DNA of 54,189 bases from a virus (lineage: Duplodnaviria; Caudoviricetes), in IMG/VR virus record IMGVR_UViG_3300020335_000006, positions 1-54,189 of that record. One strand, given 5' to 3'. Positions 28,457 to 38,098 of the stretch are shown in pieces (position 1 is the first letter of the stretch; each line of letters begins with the position of its first letter). The translations under genes and the position numbers were made by a program. A model generated the notes under the pieces. It made no database searches. It saw only the letters and a list, made by a program, of their open reading frames with translations, and was not told where the DNA came from.

Positions 28457-30952
28457 ATGGCACTAAGTCCTCAATTATTACAATTCAAGAGTTCAGGCGT
28501 TTACCGATTAGAATTTGACAAGTCTCAAACTGCTAACATTGACGTTTCTACTCTTAGGCTGGTTGTTGGTCACTCAAGAAAGGGACCCTATAATACACCA
28601 GTATTAATCGAAAACGTTGAAGCATTCATTCAAGTATATGGAAACATCGACAAGTCGTTAGAGAAAAAAGGAATGTTCTTCCACAGATCAGCGAATGCTG
28701 CTCTTTCAAGAGGACCTATCTTAGCTCTTAACCTTGCTGGTTTCGATACAAATGATCTAGCTTCAGCTGCGCAAATTTCAACAGACGGAAGTCATGAAGG
28801 ATTTGTAGCAGGAGAATTAATTTCTGCAGAAGTACTGGCAGTAACAGAAGTATTAGCTACTCAACAAAATATCGACGATGGAGATGCAACAGCAACTGAC
28901 GGACCACAATCCGGAGCAGCTGCAGTAGCATTAACAGATGTTATGGTCGTTGGTGTAACTTATGAAGCCGCTGAATACGGTGCAGATGAATTTCCTTCAT
29001 TAGGTCATAATATTGGAACATATCCTTACGCAAGTTTCTTCGATACGGATAAATTTATGATTCCTTCTGATGAGAAAGTATTACAAACATTAGAAGATTT
29101 AAATGATTCAAAACAAGTTTTAAACTTCGTAAATATTAAGCAAACTCCAATTACAGTTTTCACAAGAAAGGCACAAGAAACTGCCGGATTTGATATTACT
29201 GCAAGAGAATGGTATGGAGAAGGAAATGTTCCAGCATATTTAAATGACAAAGATTTAATGTCAGATTATATGATTGATGTATTTGTATTCAAAGGTAAAT
29301 TTAATGCCGCAGACATGGACCTTGATCCAGTTTACGGAAAATACTTTGATAGTGCAGGTTTAAGAAAAGGTTACTTAGAAACATTCGCAAACTTAAGACA
29401 AGTTGAAATGATAGCTTCTTATTCTGGTTCAATGCTTCCAGGTTTTAAAGACTTAGAAGGAAGAAACTTATATGTAGAAACAATGATTAACGCTGAAGCA
29501 AGAAGAACAGGTTTATTCTGTGCAATTGATGAAGAATTAGTTACTGATGAAGCTACTGAAACTCCGATTGATTTAATTGGTCATACATTCGATGAAGCAG
29601 GATCAAACCAAGTAGTATTATCTTATGATATTACAAACAGAACACACATGTTACCGGCTTATGATCCAACTGCAACTAATGCAAATATTAGTGATTTAGT
29701 ATATGTAGCAGATGGAACTAACGCAAAATTCACATACAGTGGATCAATGTTAACTACCAACATATCAATCGAAAAAGGAAATTACATTAGATCAGGCAAT
29801 AGACTGGCGCTAGTTACTCAAGTAGCTGTTTCTAAAACTGCAACCGAGAAAATAGTAACTATTAAATTATCAGAAGCAGCTCCTACAACCGAGCCTACTG
29901 CATATGTTAAATCTTTAGAAGATTCAGCAATATCATATACTCCATTCGTATTGGAAGGAGCACTGATTCAACCAGAAACTATTCATACATGTCTAGAGGC
30001 TATCAAGTTAGGAACGGGATTAGCTACTGGTTTAGTAGATAAAGATGCAATCGACTTTAGATATATTGTTGATACATTTGGTTCTTTTGACGGACAGCTA
30101 AGAGATAAAATACAACTATCTCAATTAGCAAAAGAAAGACAAAATGCTGCAGCTATATTAAATGCACCAATGGTAAAAGATTTTAAAGCATCTACGGATC
30201 CTTCATTTCAAGACGCTTATGGCTCATTTAAAACTTCATATATTAAAGATGGAGGTAACTTAGATTTAAATCCAACAGCCCTATACACATTACCAAGTAT
30301 CGCAGATGGTGCAAATTATGCATTCTACTACGGACCCGGTCTTATTGTAAGAGAAAATGGAAAAGACGTGATGGTTCCACCAGCTGCGTATGTATCTAAT
30401 AACTACATTGATAAATATACAGATGCTTTACCATGGTCAATCGTTGCTGGTCCAAGAAGAGGAGTTGTTGCTGGAACTAATGTTGTAGGAGCTGAGTATT
30501 CTTTTGACAAAGCAGATAGAGACATTTTAGAGCCATTTGGTTATAACCCAATTGTATTCCAAAGAGGAGTTGGTTTAACTATCTTAGGAAACAAAACTGC
30601 ACAACAGTCTATTAAATCATCACTATCTTCAGCTCACGTTAGAGAAGTGTTAATTTACATTCAAGATGCAATGGCAGATATTCTAAAAGATTACGTATTC
30701 GAATTTAATAATGCACAAACTAGATTAGAAATCAAAACTTTAGCAGATTCATTAATGGAATCAGTTAGACAAGATGGTGGTGTATATGATTTCAAAAACG
30801 TAATGGACCAATCTAATAACACAGGTGAGGTGATTGACAACAACATAGGTATCATAGATACATTTGTTGAGCCAGTTAAAGGTTTAGAAATAGTTGTACA
30901 CAGAACAACAATTTTAAATACTGGTGAAATTTCAACCGGAAACTTTAGTTAA
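28457..30952 (+). CDS. Tail sheath protein (gp18-like)
   Basis: SSGVY..E.D N-term, VG...KGP, PW...AG.RRG, NPI, GNKT, VR...I, FEFN, NT.EVID.N. Confidence 0.92.
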   Translation: MALSPQLLQFKSSGVYRLEFDKSQTANIDVSTLRLVVGHSRKGPYNTPVLIENVEAFIQVYGNIDKSLEKKGMFFHRSANAALSRGPILALNLAGFDTNDLASAAQISTDGSHEGFVAGELISAEVLAVTEVLATQQNIDDGDATATDGPQSGAAAVALTDVMVVGVTYEAAEYGADEFPSLGHNIGTYPYASFFDTDKFMIPSDEKVLQTLEDLNDSKQVLNFVNIKQTPITVFTRKAQETAGFDITAREWYGEGNVPAYLNDKDLMSDYMIDVFVFKGKFNAADMDLDPVYGKYFDSAGLRKGYLETFANLRQVEMIASYSGSMLPGFKDLEGRNLYVETMINAEARRTGLFCAIDEELVTDEATETPIDLIGHTFDEAGSNQVVLSYDITNRTHMLPAYDPTATNANISDLVYVADGTNAKFTYSGSMLTTNISIEKGNYIRSGNRLALVTQVAVSKTATEKIVTIKLSEAAPTTEPTAYVKSLEDSAISYTPFVLEGALIQPETIHTCLEAIKLGTGLATGLVDKDAIDFRYIVDTFGSFDGQLRDKIQLSQLAKERQNAAAILNAPMVKDFKASTDPSFQDAYGSFKTSYIKDGGNLDLNPTALYTLPSIADGANYAFYYGPGLIVRENGKDVMVPPAAYVSNNYIDKYTDALPWSIVAGPRRGVVAGTNVVGAEYSFDKADRDILEPFGYNPIVFQRGVGLTILGNKTAQQSIKSSLSSAHVREVLIYIQDAMADILKDYVFEFNNAQTRLEIKTLADSLMESVRQDGGVYDFKNVMDQSNNTGEVIDNNIGIIDTFVEPVKGLEIVVHRTTILNTGEISTGNFS

Positions 30953-30988
30953 GAAGATATATAATAAAAAATAAAACAATAAAGACTT

Positions 30989-31543
30989 ATGGCTTTACCA
31001 CACTATTCACAAGATCAAACTAGTAAGGCGGGTAGACAATTCGAACCAGTACAAGGAAACTTATTCGAGGTAACTATTTTACCTCCAGCTGGCGTTTCTG
31101 ATGCTCCACTATTACTACAACACGTTAACACTATTGGCGGGTTGGAATTATACAAAGATGCAGGTACCGTCGAACAGAAATACAAGTTCTCAAAAAGATC
31201 TTATGCTGGTATGCCAGATGATACTTCACTTACAGTGGCTATCAATTTCTCTTTGAACTTAAACGACGCTAACCAAGCTTATTTATATAAAACAATGAGA
31301 CAATGGTATAACTTAGCTTACAATCCACAAACTGGAGAAATGGGCTTAAAGAAAGACTACACTGGAACAATAGTAATCGTTCAATTTAACAGAGCTGGAG
31401 ATATTTTCAGAACTGTAACATTAGAAGATTGCTGGATTTCTTCTGGACTTCCATTCACTAACGATTTAAGTTATGAATCTCCAGAAGCTGCTGCATTGGA
31501 TGTATCATGGAGATGTGATACATTTAAAGAAGTATTAGCTTAA
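30989..31543 (+). CDS. Tail tube protein (gp19-like)
   Basis: Follows sheath; NLFEV, W.N, KKDY, W......LSY pattern, 184 aa. Confidence 0.85.
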   Translation: MALPHYSQDQTSKAGRQFEPVQGNLFEVTILPPAGVSDAPLLLQHVNTIGGLELYKDAGTVEQKYKFSKRSYAGMPDDTSLTVAINFSLNLNDANQAYLYKTMRQWYNLAYNPQTGEMGLKKDYTGTIVIVQFNRAGDIFRTVTLEDCWISSGLPFTNDLSYESPEAAALDVSWRCDTFKEVLA

Positions 31544-31553
31544 TTTATCAAAG

Positions 31554-31586
31554 TAGGACGGTCTTTAATTAGTCCGTCCTATTTTT
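31554..31586 (+). terminator. Rho-independent terminator
   Basis: taggacgg...ccgtccta-ttttt. Confidence 0.75.
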
Positions 31587-31620
31587 ATGAAACTAAAATA
31601 TAATATAATGATATAATAAT

Positions 31621-31839
31621 ATGTCCAGTAAACTAACAAAGAAATTACAGGTATTACTCTCAGAAGAAGAAGTGTTTATCATAAATAGGATTATACTAAA
31701 CGAGGCGATTGAAAACGGAGAGAGACCAATTTCAGTTTCTGCATTTATAAGAGATTTAATACGACAAGAAATAAATAATAAAACCGATCTTCAAAAGAGT
31801 TGGGATCGAAATAGAATCAAACAACTCAAATCTAAATAA
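31621..31839 (+). CDS. Ribbon-helix-helix DNA-binding protein
   Basis: KKLQVLLSEEE strand-helix followed by SVSAFIRDLI helix. Confidence 0.65.
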   Translation: MSSKLTKKLQVLLSEEEVFIINRIILNEAIENGERPISVSAFIRDLIRQEINNKTDLQKSWDRNRIKQLKSK

Positions 31840-31845
31840 TAAAAC

Positions 31846-32814
31846 ATGAGCAAAGACAAAAACAAAAAAGAAGAAATCAACTTAGATGATCAATACAAGG
31901 CTATTGTTGAAGCTAACGAGAATGAATCTTCGGTAGAATCAGAAGAGCCTAAGAATTTAGGTAAAGTTGATATGTCTAGATTTCAACCAGCTGAAGCAAA
32001 AGAAGCTGATTTTCATTTAGGATATCATTCAGTTAAAATAGATTCACTACCGTCAGGTGGAATGTTCTATACGAACGACACTGAAATTTCTATTAGATCT
32101 GCAAAGGTTGCAGAAATTAGACACTTTTCTACTATGGATGAAACTAACATTTTAGACGTAGATGAAAAATTAAATGCTATATTAGAGTCATGTCTTAGAA
32201 TAACTTCTAAGAAAAAAAGACTTTCATATAAAGATATTTTAGAAGAAGATAGGTTTTGGTTAATTTTAGCAATCAGAGATTTAACTTTCCCTGAGCCTGA
32301 AAATCAATTAACTGTTAAGTATCAAGATAAAAGAGGTGTTTCTCACGACGCCGCAATCGATAAAAAATATTTTCAATACTTTACTATTCCAGAAGAATTA
32401 GATAAATATTACGATCAAGATAAAAGAACGTTTATAATCGAAACAAAATCATTTGGTAACATTGAAATGAGACCTCCTACAATTGGTCTAATGCAAAAGA
32501 TTACTAAATATATTAAAGAAAGGCAAGAAAATGGATTACAGGCTGATCAGTCTTTAATTCAATTAATTCCATATCTATATACAGATTGGAGAGGCTTTGA
32601 TGATAAATCAATCTTTAATTTTGAAGTAGAATTAAACGGATGGAACAATAGAAAATACGCTTTAGTATATAAACTTGCTGAAAAAATGAAAGTCGGAATT
32701 CAACCTGAGATGTTGGTAGCGCATGAGGATGACGAGGTCCTCGTTCCGATTGGGTTTCGTGACGGAATCAAATCTATTTTCCTTGTTCAGGATATCGCTG
32801 GAGAACTTCTTTAA
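31846..32814 (+). CDS. Baseplate hub assembly / tail chaperone protein (gp26-like)
   Basis: LPSGG..Y, IR...V.E, D...L.L.IR, I.MRPPT; ends DGIKSIF similar to the gp26 C-terminus. Confidence 0.6.
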   Translation: MSKDKNKKEEINLDDQYKAIVEANENESSVESEEPKNLGKVDMSRFQPAEAKEADFHLGYHSVKIDSLPSGGMFYTNDTEISIRSAKVAEIRHFSTMDETNILDVDEKLNAILESCLRITSKKKRLSYKDILEEDRFWLILAIRDLTFPEPENQLTVKYQDKRGVSHDAAIDKKYFQYFTIPEELDKYYDQDKRTFIIETKSFGNIEMRPPTIGLMQKITKYIKERQENGLQADQSLIQLIPYLYTDWRGFDDKSIFNFEVELNGWNNRKYALVYKLAEKMKVGIQPEMLVAHEDDEVLVPIGFRDGIKSIFLVQDIAGELL

Positions 32815-33031
32815 AACTAAGTTCTATCTTTATAAACATCTTTCGATACAACCTTCTGAACTTGAAAACATGGAATACTATGAATTCCATTATATTGTTA
32901 AGGAGTTAATTGAAATGATTAAAGCTGAAAACGATGCGAACAAAGGGCAAAATGAGCAAACTAACGACATGATGGGAAGCATGAAAATGCCTTCTTTCAA
33001 AATGCCAAGTTTCAACATGCCTAAGATGTAA
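32783..33031 (+). CDS. gp51-like baseplate hub assembly catalyst (start uncertain: TTG 32783, ATG 32723 or frameshift)
   Basis: SLENFFKTKF.L..H......ELENM..YE...V..L.E....EN pattern of T4-like gp51 homologues. Confidence 0.6.
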   Translation: MFRISLENFFKTKFYLYKHLSIQPSELENMEYYEFHYIVKELIEMIKAENDANKGQNEQTNDMMGSMKMPSFKMPSFNMPKM

Positions 33032-33035
33032 TAGA

Positions 33036-33066
33036 AAAAGGAGGCCCTTGAATTGGGCCTCCTTTT
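33036..33066 (+). terminator. Rho-independent terminator
   Basis: aaaaggaggccc-ttgaatt-gggcctcctttt. Confidence 0.9.
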
Positions 33067-33104
33067 ATTTAGATATATACTAAAAGAAAATAACATATAT
33101 TGCG

Positions 33105-33551
33105 ATGAAAAAAGTAAAATCATATAATAATTTCGTAAACGAATCTTTAATTACTGAAATTATAGATCCTATCACCTTAACATTTGCTATAGCAGGAATA
33201 GGTATAGCGTTTGGACCTGATATCATGAAAGCATATAGATCTAGAAAAATATCTAATGCAGATCTTAAAGATCTTAAGAAGATGCTTTCTAAAGCACAAG
33301 CTAAATCTAAGAAATATACAAGACAAGGATTAGATCATGACGCTGCAGAAGCACAGTCCGAAGTAGATCATATCGAAGCAAGAATAGAGGATCTTCGAGG
33401 TGAACTAAACAATCATGATGAAATTATTAAAGATTTTGAAAAGGATAAAAAGACACATAAGGAACTTGAAAAAGAACTCCAAGATGTAGATCCTGACGTT
33501 TTAAGAAGGGCATTAAGAGATGCAAAGAAAGAAGCGTCTAAACTAAAATAA
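33105..33551 (+). CDS. Putative internal head protein with hydrophobic segment and coiled coil
   Basis: MKKVKSYNNFVNES N-term, late promoter 33072, ITLTFAIAGIGIAFG hydrophobic stretch. Confidence 0.65.
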   Translation: MKKVKSYNNFVNESLITEIIDPITLTFAIAGIGIAFGPDIMKAYRSRKISNADLKDLKKMLSKAQAKSKKYTRQGLDHDAAEAQSEVDHIEARIEDLRGELNNHDEIIKDFEKDKKTHKELEKELQDVDPDVLRRALRDAKKEASKLK

Positions 33552-33568
33552 AAGTTCGCAATACTTAA

Positions 33569-36500
33569 ATGGCAAACACCAATTCCGAAAAGGCGCTAAT
33601 GGGATTCGCAATGAGTTCCAACTCGCTTCTGCAGAAAATAGAAGCTATACAGAATCAAACCAAAGATACTTTATTTAGAATAGAGAGTGTCATGGTTTCG
33701 AGTTTTTCTGTTACACAGGGTATTGCCGCAAGTCTTACTGAAAATAATAAAATACTTAAGGAAATAAAGGAAATTATCTCTAAAAAGAGTGCGGCTGAAA
33801 CGGCTAAATTCGGAGGAGGAGGAGGCGTAAGCAAGCTTCTAGGATTAGGAGGGTTTATAGCACTTACAGGAATAGGAATGTTCGGTCTTGCGATGGCATT
33901 TCAAGCAGCGGGTAAAGTTTCTCCTAGTGATATAATGTCTGGTGTTGCAATGTTTGTCGCAGTGGGTACTATAGGTAAAATACTGGGAATGATAATGGAA
34001 GATCCAGAAATGGGTAGAGGTGTTTTTGGCAGCATTAAGGTTATGAAAAAATTAGTAATGACAATGGGAATGTCAATGATCATGATGGTCTCGATGTCCC
34101 TTGCACTAAATGCAATGATGCCAGTTTCCGGTGATAGATTAATAGCAGCATTAGCGATAGGAGCTGTTATTTATATAATGGGTCAAACCTTTGTTCAATT
34201 GATTAAAGCATGGGAATTCTCGGGTATTATGAATTTCATGCTTAATAAGAATAATACCGACGACATCATGAGAGCTATGACGCTAATGTCAGTTCAGATG
34301 ATAGCATTAGCTTTCGCTATGAACTTGATGCCAAGTGTTAAAATGGATGATGCATTTAACTTCGTTATTATTTCAGCGGCTATGATACCATTGGCTATAG
34401 CTTTAGTTGCAATGAGATTTGCACTTCCAGCTATTGAAAAGATAAAAGTAGGTACGATTGCCAAAGCCGGTATGGCGGTTGCTATGCTAGGACTAGCACT
34501 TGTTCCTGTTGCATTCGCTGCAAGATTAGTTGGTAAGGTCGGAATATCTGAAGAAGAAATTGCAAGATTAGTAAGTATTTCAATGGCACTTGCACCTTTA
34601 ATTGCGATAATAGGAATTATGACAGCAATTATTAATTTTGCAAAAGAAGGTAAAATTAATAAATCTGCTAGCGGGCAAAATTCTTTACTTAAACAGGATA
34701 ATTCCAGAAAGAGAAATCAAAAAATGAATATAAAAGGAATATTTATATTTGGTTTACAAGCTGTTGTCGTTCTCGGTGTATTAGCGCTTACTGCACTTGC
34801 GTTTAAGTATGCAGCACCTATGATCGTATCGGCTGCACAGGCTGCTAGGAAAATCGACATGGTAGGTGTATTAAAATTATTGTTTACTCTAGGAGGATTA
34901 TTATTAATAGGAGGTCTTGTAATAGGGATGACAATGAAAATGATGAAAGGTAAGCAAAAATCTTCAAAATCCGGGCTTATACCTGGGATGGGATCTAGTT
35001 CAGAAAAACCAGGATCATTATCAAAAAATGATTTAATAGCAGCAATGGTAATATTACCAATTATAGTACTATCAATGGCTGCTGCTGTTTATGCATTTAA
35101 ATTAATGCCTAGCCTTCCTAAAATAGAAGACGGATTCTTAAAATTTGTTTTAATAACAGGTTTAGCGATATTCATATATGGATTCGTAATGGCTAAAGTA
35201 TTTAGTGCTCTTGCTGGTAAATCTAAAGGAAAGGGTATGGGAATGCTTGGACTTGGTGGAAGCTCGAAAAGAGGAAAGTTAGGATATAAAGACGTATTAC
35301 TGGCAGCATTGGTAATGCCTGTTGTCGCACTAGCTATTGTTGGAACCGCATATGTATTTCAAATGATGCCAGGTGTTACTGCTGATCAAGCACCTGATTT
35401 AATGTGGGCTTTAAAATCAGCCGCAGCCATTATGATATTCGGTATCGCAATGATAGGAATAGGAAAACTTTCTAAGAATATGGATTTTAAAGCAGCAGCT
35501 AAAGCAATGTTAGTCGTTGCTCTTGCAGCATTAACTATATTATTAGTTGCTTTTGCATTTAGTCTTGCAGGAGATGTTAAATACGGAGAAGCACCTCCGA
35601 TAATGTGGTCAATAGGTGTAGGAATATCTTTATTTATATTAGGTGGTGTAATTTTAGCCCTTGGTGCAATTGCGACAGTAGTAACCCCCGTTGGAATATT
35701 ATTAGGTGCTCTTACTGTATTAGTTGGTGCAGCTGTATTATACGCTGTTGCATGGATATTTACGCAAATTGGTAAAATTGACGGTCTTAAAGAATCAGCT
35801 AAAACAATAACTGAAGTTTTATTTATGCCATTTAATGCAATGGTAGATCTCTTGAAAAGATTTAAAGATGACATAGGAATAGAAAACATGGGAGGACTCG
35901 CATTGGGTATAGGTAAAATAGCTCTTGCATGGTTAGCACTTGGAGCTGCGTTAGCCGGTTCAGCGGCAGGAGGAGTCTTAGCTTCTATCGGAGGAGTAGC
36001 CTCAGCTGCCTTTGATGGTTTAACTAAACTGTTTGGTGGAAATGTAGAAATGAAACCATCTCAACTATTAAAATATCTAGTTAGAAATTCTAAAGATCTA
36101 GTAGTTACAGCGGATGCTATAACAAAGGTATCAAAGGCATATCAGCTGATAGCCAGAGGAAGTGGTGCATTTATTGAAGGAATAGCTCCACTTGGAAAAT
36201 TCGTAGAAAGAATGGGATCTAATACCGGTGTAACTGCCGTTACAGCATTTTCTACGTTTTCAAAATCTTATGGAAAATATGTTAAAGCTAATAATTCATT
36301 AGACGTAACTAAAGTTGAAGCAACTACAAAAATGTTTAATGCACTTGCAGATCTTGCTAAGAATAACGGTGAAAACGCAATGAAAGTTCTTGCAGATCAA
36401 TTATTAAATGCAGTGGCACAATTATCAGAAGCTGTCGCAGATCTAGATAGAGCAGTTGCTAAGCAAGGTAAATCTACTGGTGGATTTGGAGATGCAGTTT

Positions 36501-36664
36501 CTGGAGCAATTGATAAATTTAAAGAAGTAGTTACTGGAAATACTAAAAAGGTAGAAGCAATGACTCCAAAATCCGGAAGCAATGCAGATATCATAGAAGC
36601 GATTCAAGATTTAGAAGATACATTAGTGGCTTCAGGAATCAAGATCAGGCAATCTGCATATTAA
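33569..36664 (+). CDS. Tape measure protein (very hydrophobic)
   Basis: 1031 aa, Ala/Gly/Met/Ile-rich helical repeats, downstream of tube and chaperone genes. Confidence 0.7.
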   Translation: MANTNSEKALMGFAMSSNSLLQKIEAIQNQTKDTLFRIESVMVSSFSVTQGIAASLTENNKILKEIKEIISKKSAAETAKFGGGGGVSKLLGLGGFIALTGIGMFGLAMAFQAAGKVSPSDIMSGVAMFVAVGTIGKILGMIMEDPEMGRGVFGSIKVMKKLVMTMGMSMIMMVSMSLALNAMMPVSGDRLIAALAIGAVIYIMGQTFVQLIKAWEFSGIMNFMLNKNNTDDIMRAMTLMSVQMIALAFAMNLMPSVKMDDAFNFVIISAAMIPLAIALVAMRFALPAIEKIKVGTIAKAGMAVAMLGLALVPVAFAARLVGKVGISEEEIARLVSISMALAPLIAIIGIMTAIINFAKEGKINKSASGQNSLLKQDNSRKRNQKMNIKGIFIFGLQAVVVLGVLALTALAFKYAAPMIVSAAQAARKIDMVGVLKLLFTLGGLLLIGGLVIGMTMKMMKGKQKSSKSGLIPGMGSSSEKPGSLSKNDLIAAMVILPIIVLSMAAAVYAFKLMPSLPKIEDGFLKFVLITGLAIFIYGFVMAKVFSALAGKSKGKGMGMLGLGGSSKRGKLGYKDVLLAALVMPVVALAIVGTAYVFQMMPGVTADQAPDLMWALKSAAAIMIFGIAMIGIGKLSKNMDFKAAAKAMLVVALAALTILLVAFAFSLAGDVKYGEAPPIMWSIGVGISLFILGGVILALGAIATVVTPVGILLGALTVLVGAAVLYAVAWIFTQIGKIDGLKESAKTITEVLFMPFNAMVDLLKRFKDDIGIENMGGLALGIGKIALAWLALGAALAGSAAGGVLASIGGVASAAFDGLTKLFGGNVEMKPSQLLKYLVRNSKDLVVTADAITKVSKAYQLIARGSGAFIEGIAPLGKFVERMGSNTGVTAVTAFSTFSKSYGKYVKANNSLDVTKVEATTKMFNALADLAKNNGENAMKVLADQLLNAVAQLSEAVADLDRAVAKQGKSTGGFGDAVSGAIDKFKEVVTGNTKKVEAMTPKSGSNADIIEAIQDLEDTLVASGIKIRQSAY

Positions 36665-36737
36665 TTGAAACAACCCCCTATTATTTAGTATAATAAATAG
36701 TTCTTTGGCAACTATACTTAAAAATAAACATAAGTAT

Positions 36738-37067
36738 ATGGAAACAACTATTATTACATTCGGTCTGGGTGTGGTGCTAACTCTAATTATTTTAGGAGTA
36801 GTGTCATTGTTCAGGTCAACTAAAAAAATCAGTGAATTAGATTCGTTGATTAATCACATCGAAAGCGATATTCAAGGTAGAATAGATTCAGTCGAACACT
36901 ATTTAGATAATTGCGTAGATGATCTAGATAGGAGATTAGATTCTAGAGTAGATAGAGCAATTTCTCAATTTGAGAAAGAAATAGAAGAAATGGATTTAAG
37001 ATTAGATAAAATTATTGATAGTTTTAATCTTCAAAAATCCAAAGAAAAGGAAAACATTCCTAATTAA
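36738..37067 (+). CDS. Membrane-anchored coiled-coil protein
   Basis: ATG at 36738; N-terminal TM helix then heptads; class II promoter 36667-36693. Confidence 0.7.
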   Translation: METTIITFGLGVVLTLIILGVVSLFRSTKKISELDSLINHIESDIQGRIDSVEHYLDNCVDDLDRRLDSRVDRAISQFEKEIEEMDLRLDKIIDSFNLQKSKEKENIPN

Positions 37068-37107
37068 TTTAAATAAATAAACATTAACTCATAGTTGTTA
37101 GAGAACA

Positions 37108-37192
37108 GGAGAAGTGGCAGAGTGGTCGAATGCACTGGTCTTGAAAACCAGCGAACTTAACGGTTCCAGGGGTTCGAATCCCTTCTTCTCCG
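37108..37192 (+). tRNA. tRNA-Ser(TGA)
   Basis: Acceptor GGAGAAG/CTTCTCC, anticodon arm CTGGT-CTTGAAA-ACCAG, long variable arm, GGTTCGAATCC T-arm. Confidence 0.95.
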
Positions 37193-37198
37193 CAAATT

Positions 37199-37275
37199 GG
37201 CCTGGTAGTTCAGTTGGTTAGAATGCATGCCTGTCACGCATGAGGTCGCGAGTTCGAGTCTCGTCCAGGCCGCCA
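37199..37275 (+). tRNA. tRNA-Asp(GTC), CCA encoded
   Basis: Acceptor GGCCTGG/CCAGGCC, anticodon arm CATGC-CTGTCAC-GCATG, TTCGA T-loop. Confidence 0.95.
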
Positions 37276-37337
37276 CTATGAAGCACATGAAACATTGTGC
37301 TTTTAGGGGGTATAACTATTATATAAAACAATTTAAA

Positions 37338-37574
37338 ATGAGAAAAGTACATAGAGGTAGTCGAGGAATGGTTGCAGGAATATGTGATGGTCTTGGATAT
37401 TATTTTGGAATTGATCCACTAATATTTAGACTTTTATTCGTATTAGCATTCTTTACGCCTGTAATTCCAGCAATATTAATATACATTATATTTTGGATAG
37501 TAATACCTGCAAACAAAAAAACAAAAACAAAAACAAATGACAAAAGCACTAATAGTTCAAAAACTTCTAGATGA
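37338..37574 (+). CDS. pspC: PspC domain membrane protein
   Basis: R....MVAGICDGLGYYFGIDP...RLLFV.......ILIYII.WIVIP is the PspC signature; ATG at 37338; class II promoter 37289-37315. Confidence 0.85.
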   Translation: MRKVHRGSRGMVAGICDGLGYYFGIDPLIFRLLFVLAFFTPVIPAILIYIIFWIVIPANKKTKTKTNDKSTNSSKTSR

Positions 37575-37710
37575 AAATAAGATAACAGCAGCGGAAGCTG
37601 TCGTTCTTCTTACACCAGAGGATTCACATCCTTCGACTTATTTACCATATCAACCCCAGAGAGGAACAGATCCTTATTGGTTTACAACTTCGACACATGA
37701 TAACGCCTAA
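37537..37710 (+). CDS. Small hypothetical protein (57 aa, not in ORF track)
   Basis: MTKALIVQKLLDENKITAAEAVVLL...; fills gap between PspC and nuclease. Confidence 0.6.
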   Translation: MTKALIVQKLLDENKITAAEAVVLLTPEDSHPSTYLPYQPQRGTDPYWFTTSTHDNA

Positions 37711-38095
37711 CTATACATTTAACGCAAAACTAATTAGAGTAGTAGACGGAGATACTGTATGGGCACATGTAGATTTAGGATTTGATATTTGGAAAAAGGT
37801 AAACGTTAGACTACATGGAATTGATACTCCTGAAACTAGAACTAGAGATCTAGTAGAAAAAAGAGCAGGCATTAAATCTAAAGAAAGATTAATAGAATTG
37901 CTAGAACAAGGAAACAATGAATTTGTAATAGTTTCAAAGGAAGTAGACAAATATGGTAGAGCACTAGGAGAGTTGTATAATGGTTATCACGAAGTTCATG
38001 TCCATGAAGGTGAAACTAGACCTATATCAATTAGTATAAATCAAGTATTATTAAACGAAGGTTTAGCAAAACCTTATAACGGGGGAAAAAGATAA
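37697..38095 (+). CDS. Thermonuclease (SNase-like)
   Basis: RVVDGDT, VRLHGIDTPE, DKYGRALG, LLNEGLA. Confidence 0.9.
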   Translation: MITPNYTFNAKLIRVVDGDTVWAHVDLGFDIWKKVNVRLHGIDTPETRTRDLVEKRAGIKSKERLIELLEQGNNEFVIVSKEVDKYGRALGELYNGYHEVHVHEGETRPISISINQVLLNEGLAKPYNGGKR

Positions 38096-38098
38096 AAT

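Noticed and set aside
35386-35889. 167-aa minus-strand ORF and other antisense ORFs (e.g. 19426-19806, 45847-46191, 12864-13169)
   Set aside because: Fully nested opposite well-supported genes; shadow ORFs with no motifs
37227-37337. N-terminal extension of the PspC ORF as given in the track
   Set aside because: Overlaps tRNA-Asp and a promoter; the true start is more likely ATG 37338
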